A stretch of DNA of 37,258 nucleotides from Pirellulales bacterium (GTDB lineage Bacteria; Planctomycetota; Planctomycetia; Pirellulales; UBA7805), in assembly GCA_041744995.1 (NCBI GenBank), contig JBGTJT010000417.1, positions 1-37,258 on the forward strand, given 5' to 3'. Position numbers and translations under genes: made by a program. Positions 24,812 through 34,611 of the stretch are shown piece after piece; position 1 is the stretch's first letter, and each line of letters starts with the position of its first letter. The notes beneath the pieces are model-generated. The model saw only the letters and a program-made list of their open reading frames with translations. It did not search any database and was not told the origin of the DNA.

Positions 24812-26010
24812 TACGACAATTTCTCCCGTTTGAGCGTCGCTGGTGGCTTCCCGGCTGACTGCGATTCGCCTTCCTTCAGGAATCGTCGGACGGTTTCACA
24901 GATAAGCTGCTGATCGTCTGCCCCCAACTCGACAAACATCGGCAGCCGCAATAGCCGTACGCTCAAATCTAGCGTCTGCGGCAGATCGTCTGGTGGTTGG
25001 CCGAGCGAGCGTCCCATCGGAGAGTCGTGCAACGGAACATAGTGAAAGGCGGCGCGAATCCCAGCCGCCTGAAGATAGTGCAGCAACGCGTCTCGTAGCG
25101 CACCGGTGGGCAACAGCAGATAGAACATGTGGTAGTTGCTAGTGCAGTCAGCGGGCATCCTTGGCAGTCGCGCTAGCCCCAAGTCCTCCAGCGATTGCAA
25201 GCTATTCTGATACCGGTCGTAAACTGCGGCCCGCAAGCGGGCAATCTCGTCCAGTTGTTCAAGTTGTGCCAGCAAGAAGGCACAGGCAAGTTCACCTGGA
25301 ACGTAACTGGAGCCGATGTCGATCCAGGTGTATTTGTCGATTTCGCCGCGGATGAACTGCTGGCGATTGGTACCCTTGTCCCGTAGGATCTCCGCCCGCC
25401 GAAGGAACCGCTCGTCATTGACGCATAAAGCGCCCCCTTCTCCGCAGACATAATTTTTGGTGTCATGAAAGCTGTAACAGCCCAGATGCCCAATCGACCC
25501 GAGTGGTCGTCCCTGGTAATGCGAGTTCACTGCTTGGGCCGCGTCCTCAATCACGATCAACCGATGGCGTTTGGCAATTGCCATGATCGCTTCCATTTCG
25601 CAAGCCACCCCAGCATAATGGACCGCTACGATAGCGCGGGTGCGATCCGTGATGACGGACTCGATCTTCGTCTCGTCGAGATTGAGCGTATCCGGCCGAA
25701 TATCAACAAAGCGGGGCTGGGCACCTGCTCGGACAAACGCGGTAGCGGTGGAGACGAACGTGTAGGAAGGCATGATCACTTCATCACCCGGCTGCAGGTC
25801 GCAAAGCATCGCCCCCATTTCCAAGGCGGCGGTGCAGGAGGGAACCATCAGCACCTTACGGATCCCAAACTGCTGTTCCAGCAAGGCTGCACAGGCCTTG
25901 GTGAACTTGCCATCACTGGCAATTCCAGTTTCCGTGACGGCTTGAGAAACATACCTCAGTTCATTGCCAGCAACGTAGGGTTTCGTGAAGGGAATGGGCT
26001 GGTTCATCAA
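24811..26010 (-). CDS. wecE: dTDP-4-amino-4,6-dideoxygalactose transaminase (WecE/RffA-like, DegT family)
   Basis: Long collinear matches to E. coli WecE as I recall it: VLMVPSCTAALEMGAMLCDLQPGDEVIMPSYTFVSTATAF, VHYAGVACEMEAIMAIAKRH, HDTKNY (the PLP lysine) and DKGTNRQQFIRGEIDKYTWIDIGSSY. Confidence 0.85.
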   Translation of the reverse strand: MMNQPIPFTKPYVAGNELRYVSQAVTETGIASDGKFTKACAALLEQQFGIRKVLMVPSCTAALEMGAMLCDLQPGDEVIMPSYTFVSTATAFVRAGAQPRFVDIRPDTLNLDETKIESVITDRTRAIVAVHYAGVACEMEAIMAIAKRHRLIVIEDAAQAVNSHYQGRPLGSIGHLGCYSFHDTKNYVCGEGGALCVNDERFLRRAEILRDKGTNRQQFIRGEIDKYTWIDIGSSYVPGELACAFLLAQLEQLDEIARLRAAVYDRYQNSLQSLEDLGLARLPRMPADCTSNYHMFYLLLPTGALRDALLHYLQAAGIRAAFHYVPLHDSPMGRSLGQPPDDLPQTLDLSVRLLRLPMFVELGADDQQLICETVRRFLKEGESQSAGKPPATLKREKLS

Positions 26011-26424
26011 ACGCTTCGGGAGAAATGGGCCGCTTGCAAGGAAAATATCAGCCAGAGCAATAGGGAAGGCACGAGCAAGTTACTAATACACATCAAATCA
26101 GCTCAGCAACGGGGCATGGCCCAATTTTAATCGGTACCACGGCGACAGCGCAGGCCGAGCCTACGTAGCATAGTTGATGGCTATGGTTCAGACAAATGGC
26201 CGCCGCCGGTTTTTAATTCTCCGGCCCGCGATTGAAAGGCTGGCGACTCGTCGTGGAACTGGCCGCTCTCTTGGTTTAGGATAGGGAACGGAAATCGCGG
26301 TAAAGATTCGATCGGTAGCCGATTCTCAATCGATACTTCGCCATCGTTAGTTCGATTCGGCTTCACCACGACATTCGTTCGCTCAAGCGTTAGACTTGTT
26401 GGCTGTGTTCAAGGGGATGCCAGG

Positions 26425-28038
26425 GTGATCGAGCAAAAAGCGGAATACGCGTCAAAGACGGAACACTCGCCACGGGTAGAGGCGGTGCTCCGACGGAAAC
26501 GGACCCTGGCGGGGGCGGCGATCGTCGCGGTGGGTGCGGTGTATTTGGGCTTTCTTTATCCGAGCCCGGAATTCTGCGCCTACAACAAGGACGACGCCGG
26601 CTGGTTCATGACGATGGGGATGAATCTCGCCGAGTACGGGCGCTATACGACGGACACCTTTCCGCAAGAGGATTATGGTCGCCACGCTACTTGGCCGCCA
26701 GTATTTCCGCTGCTGCTCGCGGCGGTGGTTAAGTTGTTTGGCCTGAACTGGTATGCGATCAAGTTGCTGATGGCCTGCCTGGGGCTGGCAAATCTGTGGC
26801 TGCTGTGGCTGTTGTTGCGGACCGTCACGGCTGAACGAGGTGAGTCTGATCTGGCCTGTTGGACGGTATTGCTCACAGCCTTGTCGCCAATGTATTTTTT
26901 ATTCAGCCATATGACCATGACGGAAATTCCGTTCATGCTCGCCAGCACCGCTGCCTTGCTGTTGCTGCTGCGCACCACAACCTGGCAAGGCGCGTGTTTG
27001 GCGGGACTGGTGGGGGCTGTCGCGTTCTTTACTCGCGGGTATGGGATCGTCCTGCTGCCGACGGGAGTCCTGGTATTCCTGATGCAACGCAACTGGCCCG
27101 TTCGCAAGAGACTACTGGCACTGGGCTGCTTCGCGTTGCCGTTGGTTGTGAGTTTTGTTTTTTGGTCCTGGTACACCCGGCACGTCATTGCCTCCCAGCC
27201 GCTCGACGCGATTACCTCGTCGTTTGGCAACTTGGGCGTGATCTCCGCGAACCTCCGCCGTCCCGCGATCGAGTACCTTCAGGACGTTTATTGGTATCAT
27301 GCCAGATTCGTCATCCACACTCTCCTGCCCTATGTCTCCAAGGAGACGGCATTGGCGTCGGACGCCCTGGCCGCCTTGGGAGGCTTCTTGGCCGCACTCG
27401 CATTTGTGGGCTGTTTAATCTGGGCGAAACGAGGCGAATACGTACCGGTGCTGTGGTTGGTGGGCTCCGCGGCCTTACTGCTGATTACGGGGATTAACAG
27501 CCCCCGTTACCACTTAACGCTATTGCCTTTTACCACGTTTTTCTTACTGACGACCATCCGACAAGTGTCCCTCCAAGTGCATTACTGCAGGTGGCTCTAC
27601 CCTGGCGTGGTTGGAGTGCTGGTCGCAGGCAACTCGATCGGGTTGGTTTCGCACTTGGCGAATCCAGATTCCTTGCGTTTTCTTTCACCGTACTGGAAAG
27701 ACTTCCAGTCCGCATCGCAGTGGGCTCGTCAGTCCCTTCCCGCAAGGTCCGTCATCGCAACCCATGCTCCACAAAACACCCGAGCTGGAAGTGGCTTTCG
27801 GTCCATTCGAGTTACTCCGGTAAATTCTGAGTGGCCCCCTGCTCAACTGGCTAGAGAAGTAAATATCTATGTTGTCGGGCCAACTCCAGGAGAGGACTTC
27901 ACCGAGCGATCGGTTCTCAGTGAGAGCTACGGTCGGCTCGCAACAGACCGTCGATTCGAACTAATATTCGATAGTGGCTTGATCAGTATCTGGCAGTTTT
28001 CCAACCCTAGTCAAGCTGTCGACTCGGAATCTCCGTAA
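26425..28038 (+). CDS. GT-C fold membrane glycosyltransferase (ArnT/PMT_2-like, GT39/GT83-type)
   Basis: At least 10 hydrophobic helices. The first extracytoplasmic loop carries the acidic pair YNKDDAGWFMTMGMNLAEYGRY, followed by WPPVFPLLLAAVVKLFG. GTG start. It is divergent from the wecE operon. Confidence 0.7.
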   Translation: MIEQKAEYASKTEHSPRVEAVLRRKRTLAGAAIVAVGAVYLGFLYPSPEFCAYNKDDAGWFMTMGMNLAEYGRYTTDTFPQEDYGRHATWPPVFPLLLAAVVKLFGLNWYAIKLLMACLGLANLWLLWLLLRTVTAERGESDLACWTVLLTALSPMYFLFSHMTMTEIPFMLASTAALLLLLRTTTWQGACLAGLVGAVAFFTRGYGIVLLPTGVLVFLMQRNWPVRKRLLALGCFALPLVVSFVFWSWYTRHVIASQPLDAITSSFGNLGVISANLRRPAIEYLQDVYWYHARFVIHTLLPYVSKETALASDALAALGGFLAALAFVGCLIWAKRGEYVPVLWLVGSAALLLITGINSPRYHLTLLPFTTFFLLTTIRQVSLQVHYCRWLYPGVVGVLVAGNSIGLVSHLANPDSLRFLSPYWKDFQSASQWARQSLPARSVIATHAPQNTRAGSGFRSIRVTPVNSEWPPAQLAREVNIYVVGPTPGEDFTERSVLSESYGRLATDRRFELIFDSGLISIWQFSNPSQAVDSESP

Positions 28039-28442
28039 GCGTCCGATGCGCTAAACCTCGTGGAGACTTCTTCCGCCCGACAAAGCGCGCCCCTCACGTG
28101 CGTTTCCTGACTTGTCACCAGCAGCTCGCCATGCCGGCTGTTGGCCCCATCAAGAATCACCCGCCGCCGGTCGTTCGACTCGCCGCGGAGGGTGACGTTG
28201 TCGGTCTTGATGGCAAAGTACCGGGGCATCATGTAATGCCCGTCGGCCAGCATGATCGTACCGCCCGGCTCAACCACCTCAGCCGCCCGATAAAGCTGCT
28301 CGACGTTGGAGACCCGGATGACCTGGCCGGTGGGGGCCGGAAGCGGCGGGGGGACGGGGGACCAGGTGGCGCCATCGGCGGCGAGCGCTACGCCGGTGCA
28401 AAACAACAGTGCATGGAGTGCGATGCAAGTTAGAAGCCGCAT
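28011..28442 (-). pseudogene. Truncated paralog of the beta-helix/SGNH gene (N-terminal 100 or so codons only)
   Basis: Positions 28118-28365 align to 20518-20765 with about 11 mismatches in 248 nt. The peptide WSPVPPPLPAPTGQVIRVSNVEQLYRAAEVVEPGGTIMLADGHYMMPRYFAIKTDNVTLRGESNDRRRVILDGANSRHGELL then runs into unrelated sequence that overlaps the GT-C gene 3' end. Confidence 0.7.
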
Positions 28443-28503
28443 GTTGTATCCAAGTTATCTGGCGAGAAGCTAGCCAAGGGAGGACGGTTCGCGGTGCAAC
28501 AAT

Positions 28504-30318
28504 TTACTTCGTATCATTGTCACTTCGGCTAAATTGTATCAGTTCCAGTACCTGCCGGCGCAAATCCTCTTTGACTAGAACAGCGCCATCGCCAGATAAG
28601 TGGGTTCTGTCTTGAAATAGCTGGTTGCCGAATTCATCCGTGAATCGAATAGCGCCGTTCTGACCGACAAACGTTTTCTCGATATCCAAGAGATGTACGC
28701 GATCGCTAAGGTGCTGCGCGAGGAGCTGTTTCGCGTACTCTCGTTCGGCGGTGCTCTCGGCTTCTTCCGTAATCGTCGCTCTACCGGAACTGCGAATGGA
28801 CTCTCTTGTAGCATGCGCCGGTAGGATTGGTGGCGGAGTTATCAGTAGAACCTGGTCCGAGTACTTCAGAATTTCGTTCAATGCTTGCCCTAGACTTTCC
28901 GGCCGATGTCTCAACTTGCCAGACCATGCCACTGCAAGTACCGTCACGTCGGGTCGCTCCCGCTCTAATAGTCCGATTGATTTCTCAAAAAGCAATCCCG
29001 GCGGCAACGGATCCTCTCCATCGACGCAGATGACATGCAGTCGAAACGGTAGCTCGTGGGCAATATCTCGCAATGTTGTTCCATACATCGAACCAATACT
29101 GTCGCCCATGAGAACCACGCTGGGCCGCGTAATGTGTTCATTATACACACGACCGCCATTTTCAACCGCAGCCATATCGGCGCTGACGTAATTATCTCTT
29201 CGCACGTGATACCCCGCCAAGGCCACGGCGGCGATACCGCACGCCAGCGAGATATAGGCAACCGCCGCCTTGTTGGGCTGATTGAGGTAACGGCGAATCG
29301 GCTTCTCATAGCAGGTATAGGAAATGACGGATAACCCTACGGTCAATACAACCTTTGCGGTGTCTCTCGCCAGCGGTGTTACCGTGTACCAGCCGTAGTC
29401 CACGAAACAATAAACCGGCCAGTGCCAAAGATAGAGCGAATAAGACATCTTGCCGACGTACACAAGCCAACCTTGAGAGAGCAATCTATCCGACGCTACC
29501 TGTCGGGTACGACACGCCCCGATGCACAGCAACGTACCTATCACGGGCAATCCGGCAATCGCACCGGGAAACGAGTTGCTTTCGTGAATCACGTCAAACG
29601 ATAGGGCGATGATCAACAAGCCGGTCGCACCCTGAAGCCGACTGAGTCCCTGCCGCTGACGGACCGGCGTTTTCTGAGCATACATCGCCAGTAGACATCC
29701 GGCCACCAGCTCCCAGGCTCTCGTGGGCAGTAAATAGAAGGCCCACGTCGGTTTGGTCCAGGTTGCCGCCAAGCAAGCCGCGAAGCTTGCAATCCCCAGA
29801 ATCCACAACAGGGCTGTGACCGATCGACGCCCGTTGCACCACCGAAACCCGCAAAATAGCAGCACCGGAAAAACAAAATAGAACTGTTCCTCGATCGCAA
29901 GCGACCAGAAATGCAATAGCGGCTGGGCGTCAGGCAAAATCTCAAAGTAGTTGCCCTGTAACATCAACTTGACGTTGGCCAATGATAAGGCCGCGGCCAG
30001 AGCGACCGCTCCGGTGCTCGCAAAGTCCTGGGAGGTGTAGATCATCGACGAAACGACAAGAACAACTGCCAACACAAGCAGCGATGCCGGAGCAATGCGG
30101 GCGATGCGGCGCTGATAGAACCGCTTGAAACTAAATGTGCCCGCTTCCAAGTCGGCAAGGATCACCGACGTAATCAAGAAGCCGGATAGCACAAAGAAAA
30201 TATCGACCCCAACAAACCCGCCCGGCAGAAGTTCCCGATTCAGATGGAACACCAGAACGGCAAGTACGGCAACGGCTCTTAACCCATCCAATTCAGGCCG
30301 GTATTCAATCGATGACAT
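28504..30318 (-). CDS. Acyltransferase-3 family O-acyltransferase with C-terminal SGNH domain (OafA/YrhL-like)
   Basis: The RPELDGLRAVAVLAVLVFH signature, about 10 TM helices, and a C-terminal soluble domain with VVLMGDSIG. Confidence 0.85.
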   Translation of the reverse strand: MSSIEYRPELDGLRAVAVLAVLVFHLNRELLPGGFVGVDIFFVLSGFLITSVILADLEAGTFSFKRFYQRRIARIAPASLLVLAVVLVVSSMIYTSQDFASTGAVALAAALSLANVKLMLQGNYFEILPDAQPLLHFWSLAIEEQFYFVFPVLLFCGFRWCNGRRSVTALLWILGIASFAACLAATWTKPTWAFYLLPTRAWELVAGCLLAMYAQKTPVRQRQGLSRLQGATGLLIIALSFDVIHESNSFPGAIAGLPVIGTLLCIGACRTRQVASDRLLSQGWLVYVGKMSYSLYLWHWPVYCFVDYGWYTVTPLARDTAKVVLTVGLSVISYTCYEKPIRRYLNQPNKAAVAYISLACGIAAVALAGYHVRRDNYVSADMAAVENGGRVYNEHITRPSVVLMGDSIGSMYGTTLRDIAHELPFRLHVICVDGEDPLPPGLLFEKSIGLLERERPDVTVLAVAWSGKLRHRPESLGQALNEILKYSDQVLLITPPPILPAHATRESIRSSGRATITEEAESTAEREYAKQLLAQHLSDRVHLLDIEKTFVGQNGAIRFTDEFGNQLFQDRTHLSGDGAVLVKEDLRRQVLELIQFSRSDNDTK

Positions 30319-30329
30319 TCGACTCTTGA

Positions 30330-31352
30330 CTAGACCTTGGTCGCATCTTGCGGCGTGCTGTCATTTTGAGAGGCATCCGCCTGCCCCGAGACGACGAGCA
30401 CTGCCCTTGCTAGTGAGGCCAACGGTCGCGGCAGTCGCCGCAAAGCCGACCAGTTCGTTCGGCGTTGCCACCAGTAAGTCGTCCAGAACCATTGATGAGC
30501 GTAGAGCCACCTTCGCTCCATGGCATTGAGTCGCTTGCCTTCTGTGTCCGCGGCGTAGCCCAGCGTCGCCATCATCTCTCGGCATTCATAGTCAACAATA
30601 GCAATCTGCCGCTTCGACAGTTGTTTGCGCCACTTTTCCGTCACACCTTGCTGTAGCGGCTTAGTCGTATTCTCATTGCCGATATGAATTTTGCGAACTC
30701 CGCGCTCCTCGTAAAACTTGAGCATTGCCGAATCATACTTAATCTCGACGAACTCGCACAGCCGACGCAGATGCTGCTCCGGCTCATCCAACAACGATTC
30801 GAAGTTGATCCGCATCACCCGGTCCGAATGCGCCTGCTGAAAGGCGACTAACACGCCTTGGTTGTCACGCCACAGCTTGGCGCCGTAATAGGCGTTGGCC
30901 ACGTTCCAATGCCGCGACAGTTGCGACAAGCAGGTCGCCCGCGGATCGCGCACCAGGTAGATGTAGCGGGCGTCGGGGAACTCTTTGTCGAACAGCGGCA
31001 GGTGGTAGGTAAGCCCGGGGTCCTTCAACAGAAACCGGCTGCCGCCGTGTTTGCGAAGTATGCATCCGGCCGCATAGCGATAGAGCTCGAACGGAGGCAC
31101 GTCGCCCACTTCGCCAAGTTCCTCCGGATCGGCTTCAAAACGGGCGGCAAGCGAGTTAATAAACCGCTGCTGATCGCGATCCTGTTCGGCCAGAAACGGA
31201 TAGCCGTCCCAATACTCGTTGACGGCCACCACATCTGGATGCCGGTCGAACATCGAACAGAGCAACGTCGTTCCCGAACGCTGGGTGCCGAGAATGAAAA
31301 TTGGCCGGTCGATGGCAATGGTTCGTGCGAGATCGAATTTGATACGCGTCAT
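30330..31352 (-). CDS. Sulfotransferase family protein
   Basis: 5'-PSB-like loop ILGTQRSGTTLL and 3'-PB-like YIYLVRDPRATCLS. The start was set at MTRIKFD (31352), 23 nt after the upstream stop. Confidence 0.7.
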   Translation of the reverse strand: MTRIKFDLARTIAIDRPIFILGTQRSGTTLLCSMFDRHPDVVAVNEYWDGYPFLAEQDRDQQRFINSLAARFEADPEELGEVGDVPPFELYRYAAGCILRKHGGSRFLLKDPGLTYHLPLFDKEFPDARYIYLVRDPRATCLSQLSRHWNVANAYYGAKLWRDNQGVLVAFQQAHSDRVMRINFESLLDEPEQHLRRLCEFVEIKYDSAMLKFYEERGVRKIHIGNENTTKPLQQGVTEKWRKQLSKRQIAIVDYECREMMATLGYAADTEGKRLNAMERRWLYAHQWFWTTYWWQRRTNWSALRRLPRPLASLARAVLVVSGQADASQNDSTPQDATKV

Positions 31353-31375
31353 TCGAGTTATCTTTGCGACCGCAA

Positions 31376-32371
31376 TCAGGCTGCGGATCGACTCCGGAGA
31401 AAACTGCGTTTTAGTTTCGCCACCCAGTACGTTTTGCGCATCCGCCAATCGCCGGGGGCGTAGCGCAAGCCGGTGCGGAAGGCTTCCAGCGCTTCGTCGT
31501 AGCGGTGGTTCGCCCATAATAGGCTGTAGCCGACTTGCCAGAAGCATTGCGAGGCCAATCGCTCGTGCAAGGCTCGTTTTTCACATTGCGTCAGGTCCAG
31601 TTCTTCCTTCAGGTCTTCGTAGCCTCGCCGCAATATCTCGTACACGGCCAACTGTTTTGCCAGCGCCTTGCTTCCCACCGCGGACGAGTTGTCGCCATGG
31701 ATGCGATAAACTTGGTGTACATTGTCGAAGTACGCGAAGCGACAGCCCAACTTGGCCGCTCGGATGCCGAAGAACCGGTCCTCGCCGTTGCGCAAATCGC
31801 CCCGAAACGGCACTTGCTCGAACACCCGGCGGCGGATTGCCGAAAGTTGCAAGCCCGCGTACAGCCCGTGCCGCAGCGCGCAGCACACGATGTCCGGATC
31901 GTCGATCACTCGCAGATCGCCGCGGCGGTCGACATGTAGATCGAGAAACGCTTTGCGACCCTCTTCGTAGAAACTATTCTCGGCCACGACCGCGCCGGTC
32001 GCGGCGTCGATTCGACGATTGGCCCCGTAAACCCAATCGACGTCAGGATTCTCAGCAAGCGCCGTCACGCAGTCACTCAGGTGGTGTGGCAGCCAGAGGT
32101 CGTCGCTGTCGTACACGGCGATGATCTCGCCGCTGGCGTGCCGCAGGCCATGCGCCCTGGCGGCATAGGCGCCGGCGTTTTCCTGGCGCAGCAGCATCAC
32201 TGGTTGCTTTAACTCAGTGGTTGCCTCTTCGAATCGCTGTGAAGAGTCGTCTGTGCTGCCGTCGTCGATACCGATCAGCTCCCACTCCTTGTATCGCTGT
32301 TCCCGAATCGCTGCAATCGCTTCGAGCAGGAACTTCGCCCGGTTAAAGAATGGGAGAATGATGCTGACCAT
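31376..32371 (-). CDS. GT2 family glycosyltransferase
   Basis: VSIILPFFNRAKFLLEAIAAIREQ, IGIDDGSTDDS and VYDSDDLW (DxD). The start is taken as ATG (MVSIILPF); the longer ORF begins with a TTG at 32431. Confidence 0.8.
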   Translation of the reverse strand: MVSIILPFFNRAKFLLEAIAAIREQRYKEWELIGIDDGSTDDSSQRFEEATTELKQPVMLLRQENAGAYAARAHGLRHASGEIIAVYDSDDLWLPHHLSDCVTALAENPDVDWVYGANRRIDAATGAVVAENSFYEEGRKAFLDLHVDRRGDLRVIDDPDIVCCALRHGLYAGLQLSAIRRRVFEQVPFRGDLRNGEDRFFGIRAAKLGCRFAYFDNVHQVYRIHGDNSSAVGSKALAKQLAVYEILRRGYEDLKEELDLTQCEKRALHERLASQCFWQVGYSLLWANHRYDEALEAFRTGLRYAPGDWRMRKTYWVAKLKRSFLRSRSAA

Positions 32372-32427
32372 TCCGGCTAATGACTTCCTGACACCGTTAC
32401 ATGAAGACGTCGTCTCGCCTTCGAAAG

Positions 32428-33618
32428 TCAATTCTCATCCTCCGGATTTAGGATTCGAGAATGATCGGGCGCGAACGTCGCGGCACGAATACATTGTGTC
32501 TCGCCGGCGATGGCCGATTCGATGATCTTCCACAGCCGCGCGATGCTTTGCTCCATAGTATAGTTCGCCGCGATGTGCCGCCGAGCCGCCGCGCCCAAAG
32601 TTGCGGCTTGTTCCGGATGTGCCGCCAATTGCCGCATGTGGGCCGCCATGCCGGCCACGTCCCGCTCGTCGACCAGCAGCCCCGTTTTACCTTCGATCAC
32701 CACGTCGGGGATGCCCGCGTGCCGCGTGGCGATCACCGGCAGGCCGCTCGCGCCCGCTTCCATGACCGAGTTGGGAGTTCCCTCGGAATCGCCAGTTCGT
32801 GCAACGACTGAATGCTGCACAAAGGCCCGTGATCGCCGGAGTTCGTCGCGAACAACGTCATGTGATTGCTCACCAAGAAACGTGACGGCCGAGCCGACTC
32901 CCAATACGTGCGCCAAATCGCGGCAGGCGCCCATTAAAGGGCCGTCGCCAATCATGCGCAATCGCATTTCAGGTAGCCCGCGAAAAGCTTCGGCAAAGGC
33001 TATCAGCGTTAGATGCGGCGCTTTCTTTTCCACGAAACGACCGACGGCTAGAAAATCAGGCGGGTTGGCCGCTGGATCGACTGGAGTAAATCGCTCGCAG
33101 TCGACGCCCGATGGATTGACAACGACCTTATCCGCAGCGGCACCCATATCGCATAGTCGTCGCTTTAAGTCAGGTGAGACCGCTACCAACGCGACCGCCT
33201 GCTCAAACAATTGGCGATATTGTTGCAAATGAGATTCGATTACCGTCTGAACGCTTGCGTCGTAGCCGCGAAAGTACGTAATCAATGGGATTCGCGCCAA
33301 TCGGCATGCCTCCATGACATGCGTTCCCGTTGGTCCGAACTGTGCAAGTACCGCTTGGCAACGAGTCTGTCGAAAACTGCGCAAGAATCCTGACGTGACC
33401 TCCCAATCCCAGCCTCTTCCTCGCAATTGACGATGAAGTTTTCGGACGCCCCGAAACAACAACGAATTATTTTGAATGGTGGTTCCATTTACTGTGGGCA
33501 CTATGGAAAGACGATACTCAATAACTGTCACGTCAGCCGGTAAGCGACCAGCGTGCGCAGCGATGAACGTCTCCGACGTCTTTCCCACCGACGGTTGAAC
33601 AATAGTTATCGGTATCAT
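32428..33618 (-). CDS. GT4 (Glycos_transf_1) glycosyltransferase
   Basis: C-terminal EGTPNSVMEAGASGLPVIATRHAGIPDVVIEGKTGLLV (the E-x7-E region). The start was set at MIPITIV (33618). Confidence 0.85.
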   Translation of the reverse strand: MIPITIVQPSVGKTSETFIAAHAGRLPADVTVIEYRLSIVPTVNGTTIQNNSLLFRGVRKLHRQLRGRGWDWEVTSGFLRSFRQTRCQAVLAQFGPTGTHVMEACRLARIPLITYFRGYDASVQTVIESHLQQYRQLFEQAVALVAVSPDLKRRLCDMGAAADKVVVNPSGVDCERFTPVDPAANPPDFLAVGRFVEKKAPHLTLIAFAEAFRGLPEMRLRMIGDGPLMGACRDLAHVLGVGSAVTFLGEQSHDVVRDELRRSRAFVQHSVVARTGDSEGTPNSVMEAGASGLPVIATRHAGIPDVVIEGKTGLLVDERDVAGMAAHMRQLAAHPEQAATLGAAARRHIAANYTMEQSIARLWKIIESAIAGETQCIRAATFAPDHSRILNPEDEN

Positions 33619-33667
33619 GTTCCGCTGATATTTGCTAGTAAATGAGATGTCGTCGATCGTGCGGGCT

Positions 33668-34606
33668 TTATTCGCGGCACTTGAGATACCGTGCCAGGTC
33701 ATCCAATGCCACGCCGGCAAAATGGGGAATCGACCGCAATAGTCCTGCTTGCCGGATGCGCGCTGCCGCTCGTTGCCGGGCCGTGGCGCGGCCGTTGGCG
33801 AGGACTTCACCGGGTAGGCCCGCAGTGGCTAGGACTGTCTCCACAAACGCATCGTCAATGTCGTCTGCCGCCAGCGGCGGTTTTTCCGTTAGTTGCAACC
33901 GCTGCTGCAAGAATTGCGCATCGCGCCGATAGGCCGAGACGTCGATCTTGGCGCTATCCATGCTGGCAATACCGTCGCTCAACCCCAACAGGATAGCGCG
34001 AAAGTCGGAATCGTGGACGCACTCATGTCGGCATCGTTCAATCAGAGCCGGCAGCCACGCCAAATGCTTCTGCCCGTGAACGAACGATTTACGGTACAGG
34101 TCGCAATAATATTGCTCGAAGTCGTGGACCCCCAGTACGTCGGGCATGCGGGCCGATACCCAATCCTCAGCCTCGAGTTGCTGCAACACGTGGAACTCCG
34201 GACGAATTTGCGTCCCGTCGACAGGCACCAGCTCCAAGGCGCGCGGCAGCAGGCTGGTACGGTAGATGCGATGCCCTGCTTGCCGACACTTACCGAGAAT
34301 CTTGTCATAGATTAGCCCTTCCAGCATTACGACATTCTCGGCCGCTTGCTCGGCCGCGTTCACCAGTCGGGCGACGGCGTCGTGACGCAGTAATACGTCG
34401 GCGTCGACCGTGACCGTCCAGCGGGCGTTGCGCTCGATCGCCAGCGTGTAGGTTTTGCGCAACGCCTGCTCGAACGGCACCTCTTGCACGAGCAGCACAT
34501 TCTCGGGCGCCACCTGCTTCTCAATCAGCCGCCGGCAAGCGTCGGTCGTTCGCTCGCCACAGGACCGAATCACCACGGTGACTGTTTTTGAGTTCATTGT
34601 TGCCAT
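33668..34606 (-). CDS. Hypothetical protein, GT-A-like nucleotide-sugar transferase fold suspected
   Basis: The N-terminal VTVVIRSCGERT strand and a TVTVDADVLL DxD-like motif. No confident family. The start was set at MATMNSK (34606). Confidence 0.45.
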   Translation of the reverse strand: MATMNSKTVTVVIRSCGERTTDACRRLIEKQVAPENVLLVQEVPFEQALRKTYTLAIERNARWTVTVDADVLLRHDAVARLVNAAEQAAENVVMLEGLIYDKILGKCRQAGHRIYRTSLLPRALELVPVDGTQIRPEFHVLQQLEAEDWVSARMPDVLGVHDFEQYYCDLYRKSFVHGQKHLAWLPALIERCRHECVHDSDFRAILLGLSDGIASMDSAKIDVSAYRRDAQFLQQRLQLTEKPPLAADDIDDAFVETVLATAGLPGEVLANGRATARQRAAARIRQAGLLRSIPHFAGVALDDLARYLKCRE

Positions 34607-34611
34607 ATTGC

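Noticed and set aside
26181-26369. 62-aa ORF in the divergent wecE / GT-C intergenic region
   Set aside because: It has no ribosome-binding site or motif. The region more likely holds the divergent promoters.
30858-32124. 201-aa and 301-aa + strand ORFs
   Set aside because: They are antisense to the sulfotransferase and GT2 genes, which carry recognisable motifs. The composition is typical of shadow frames.
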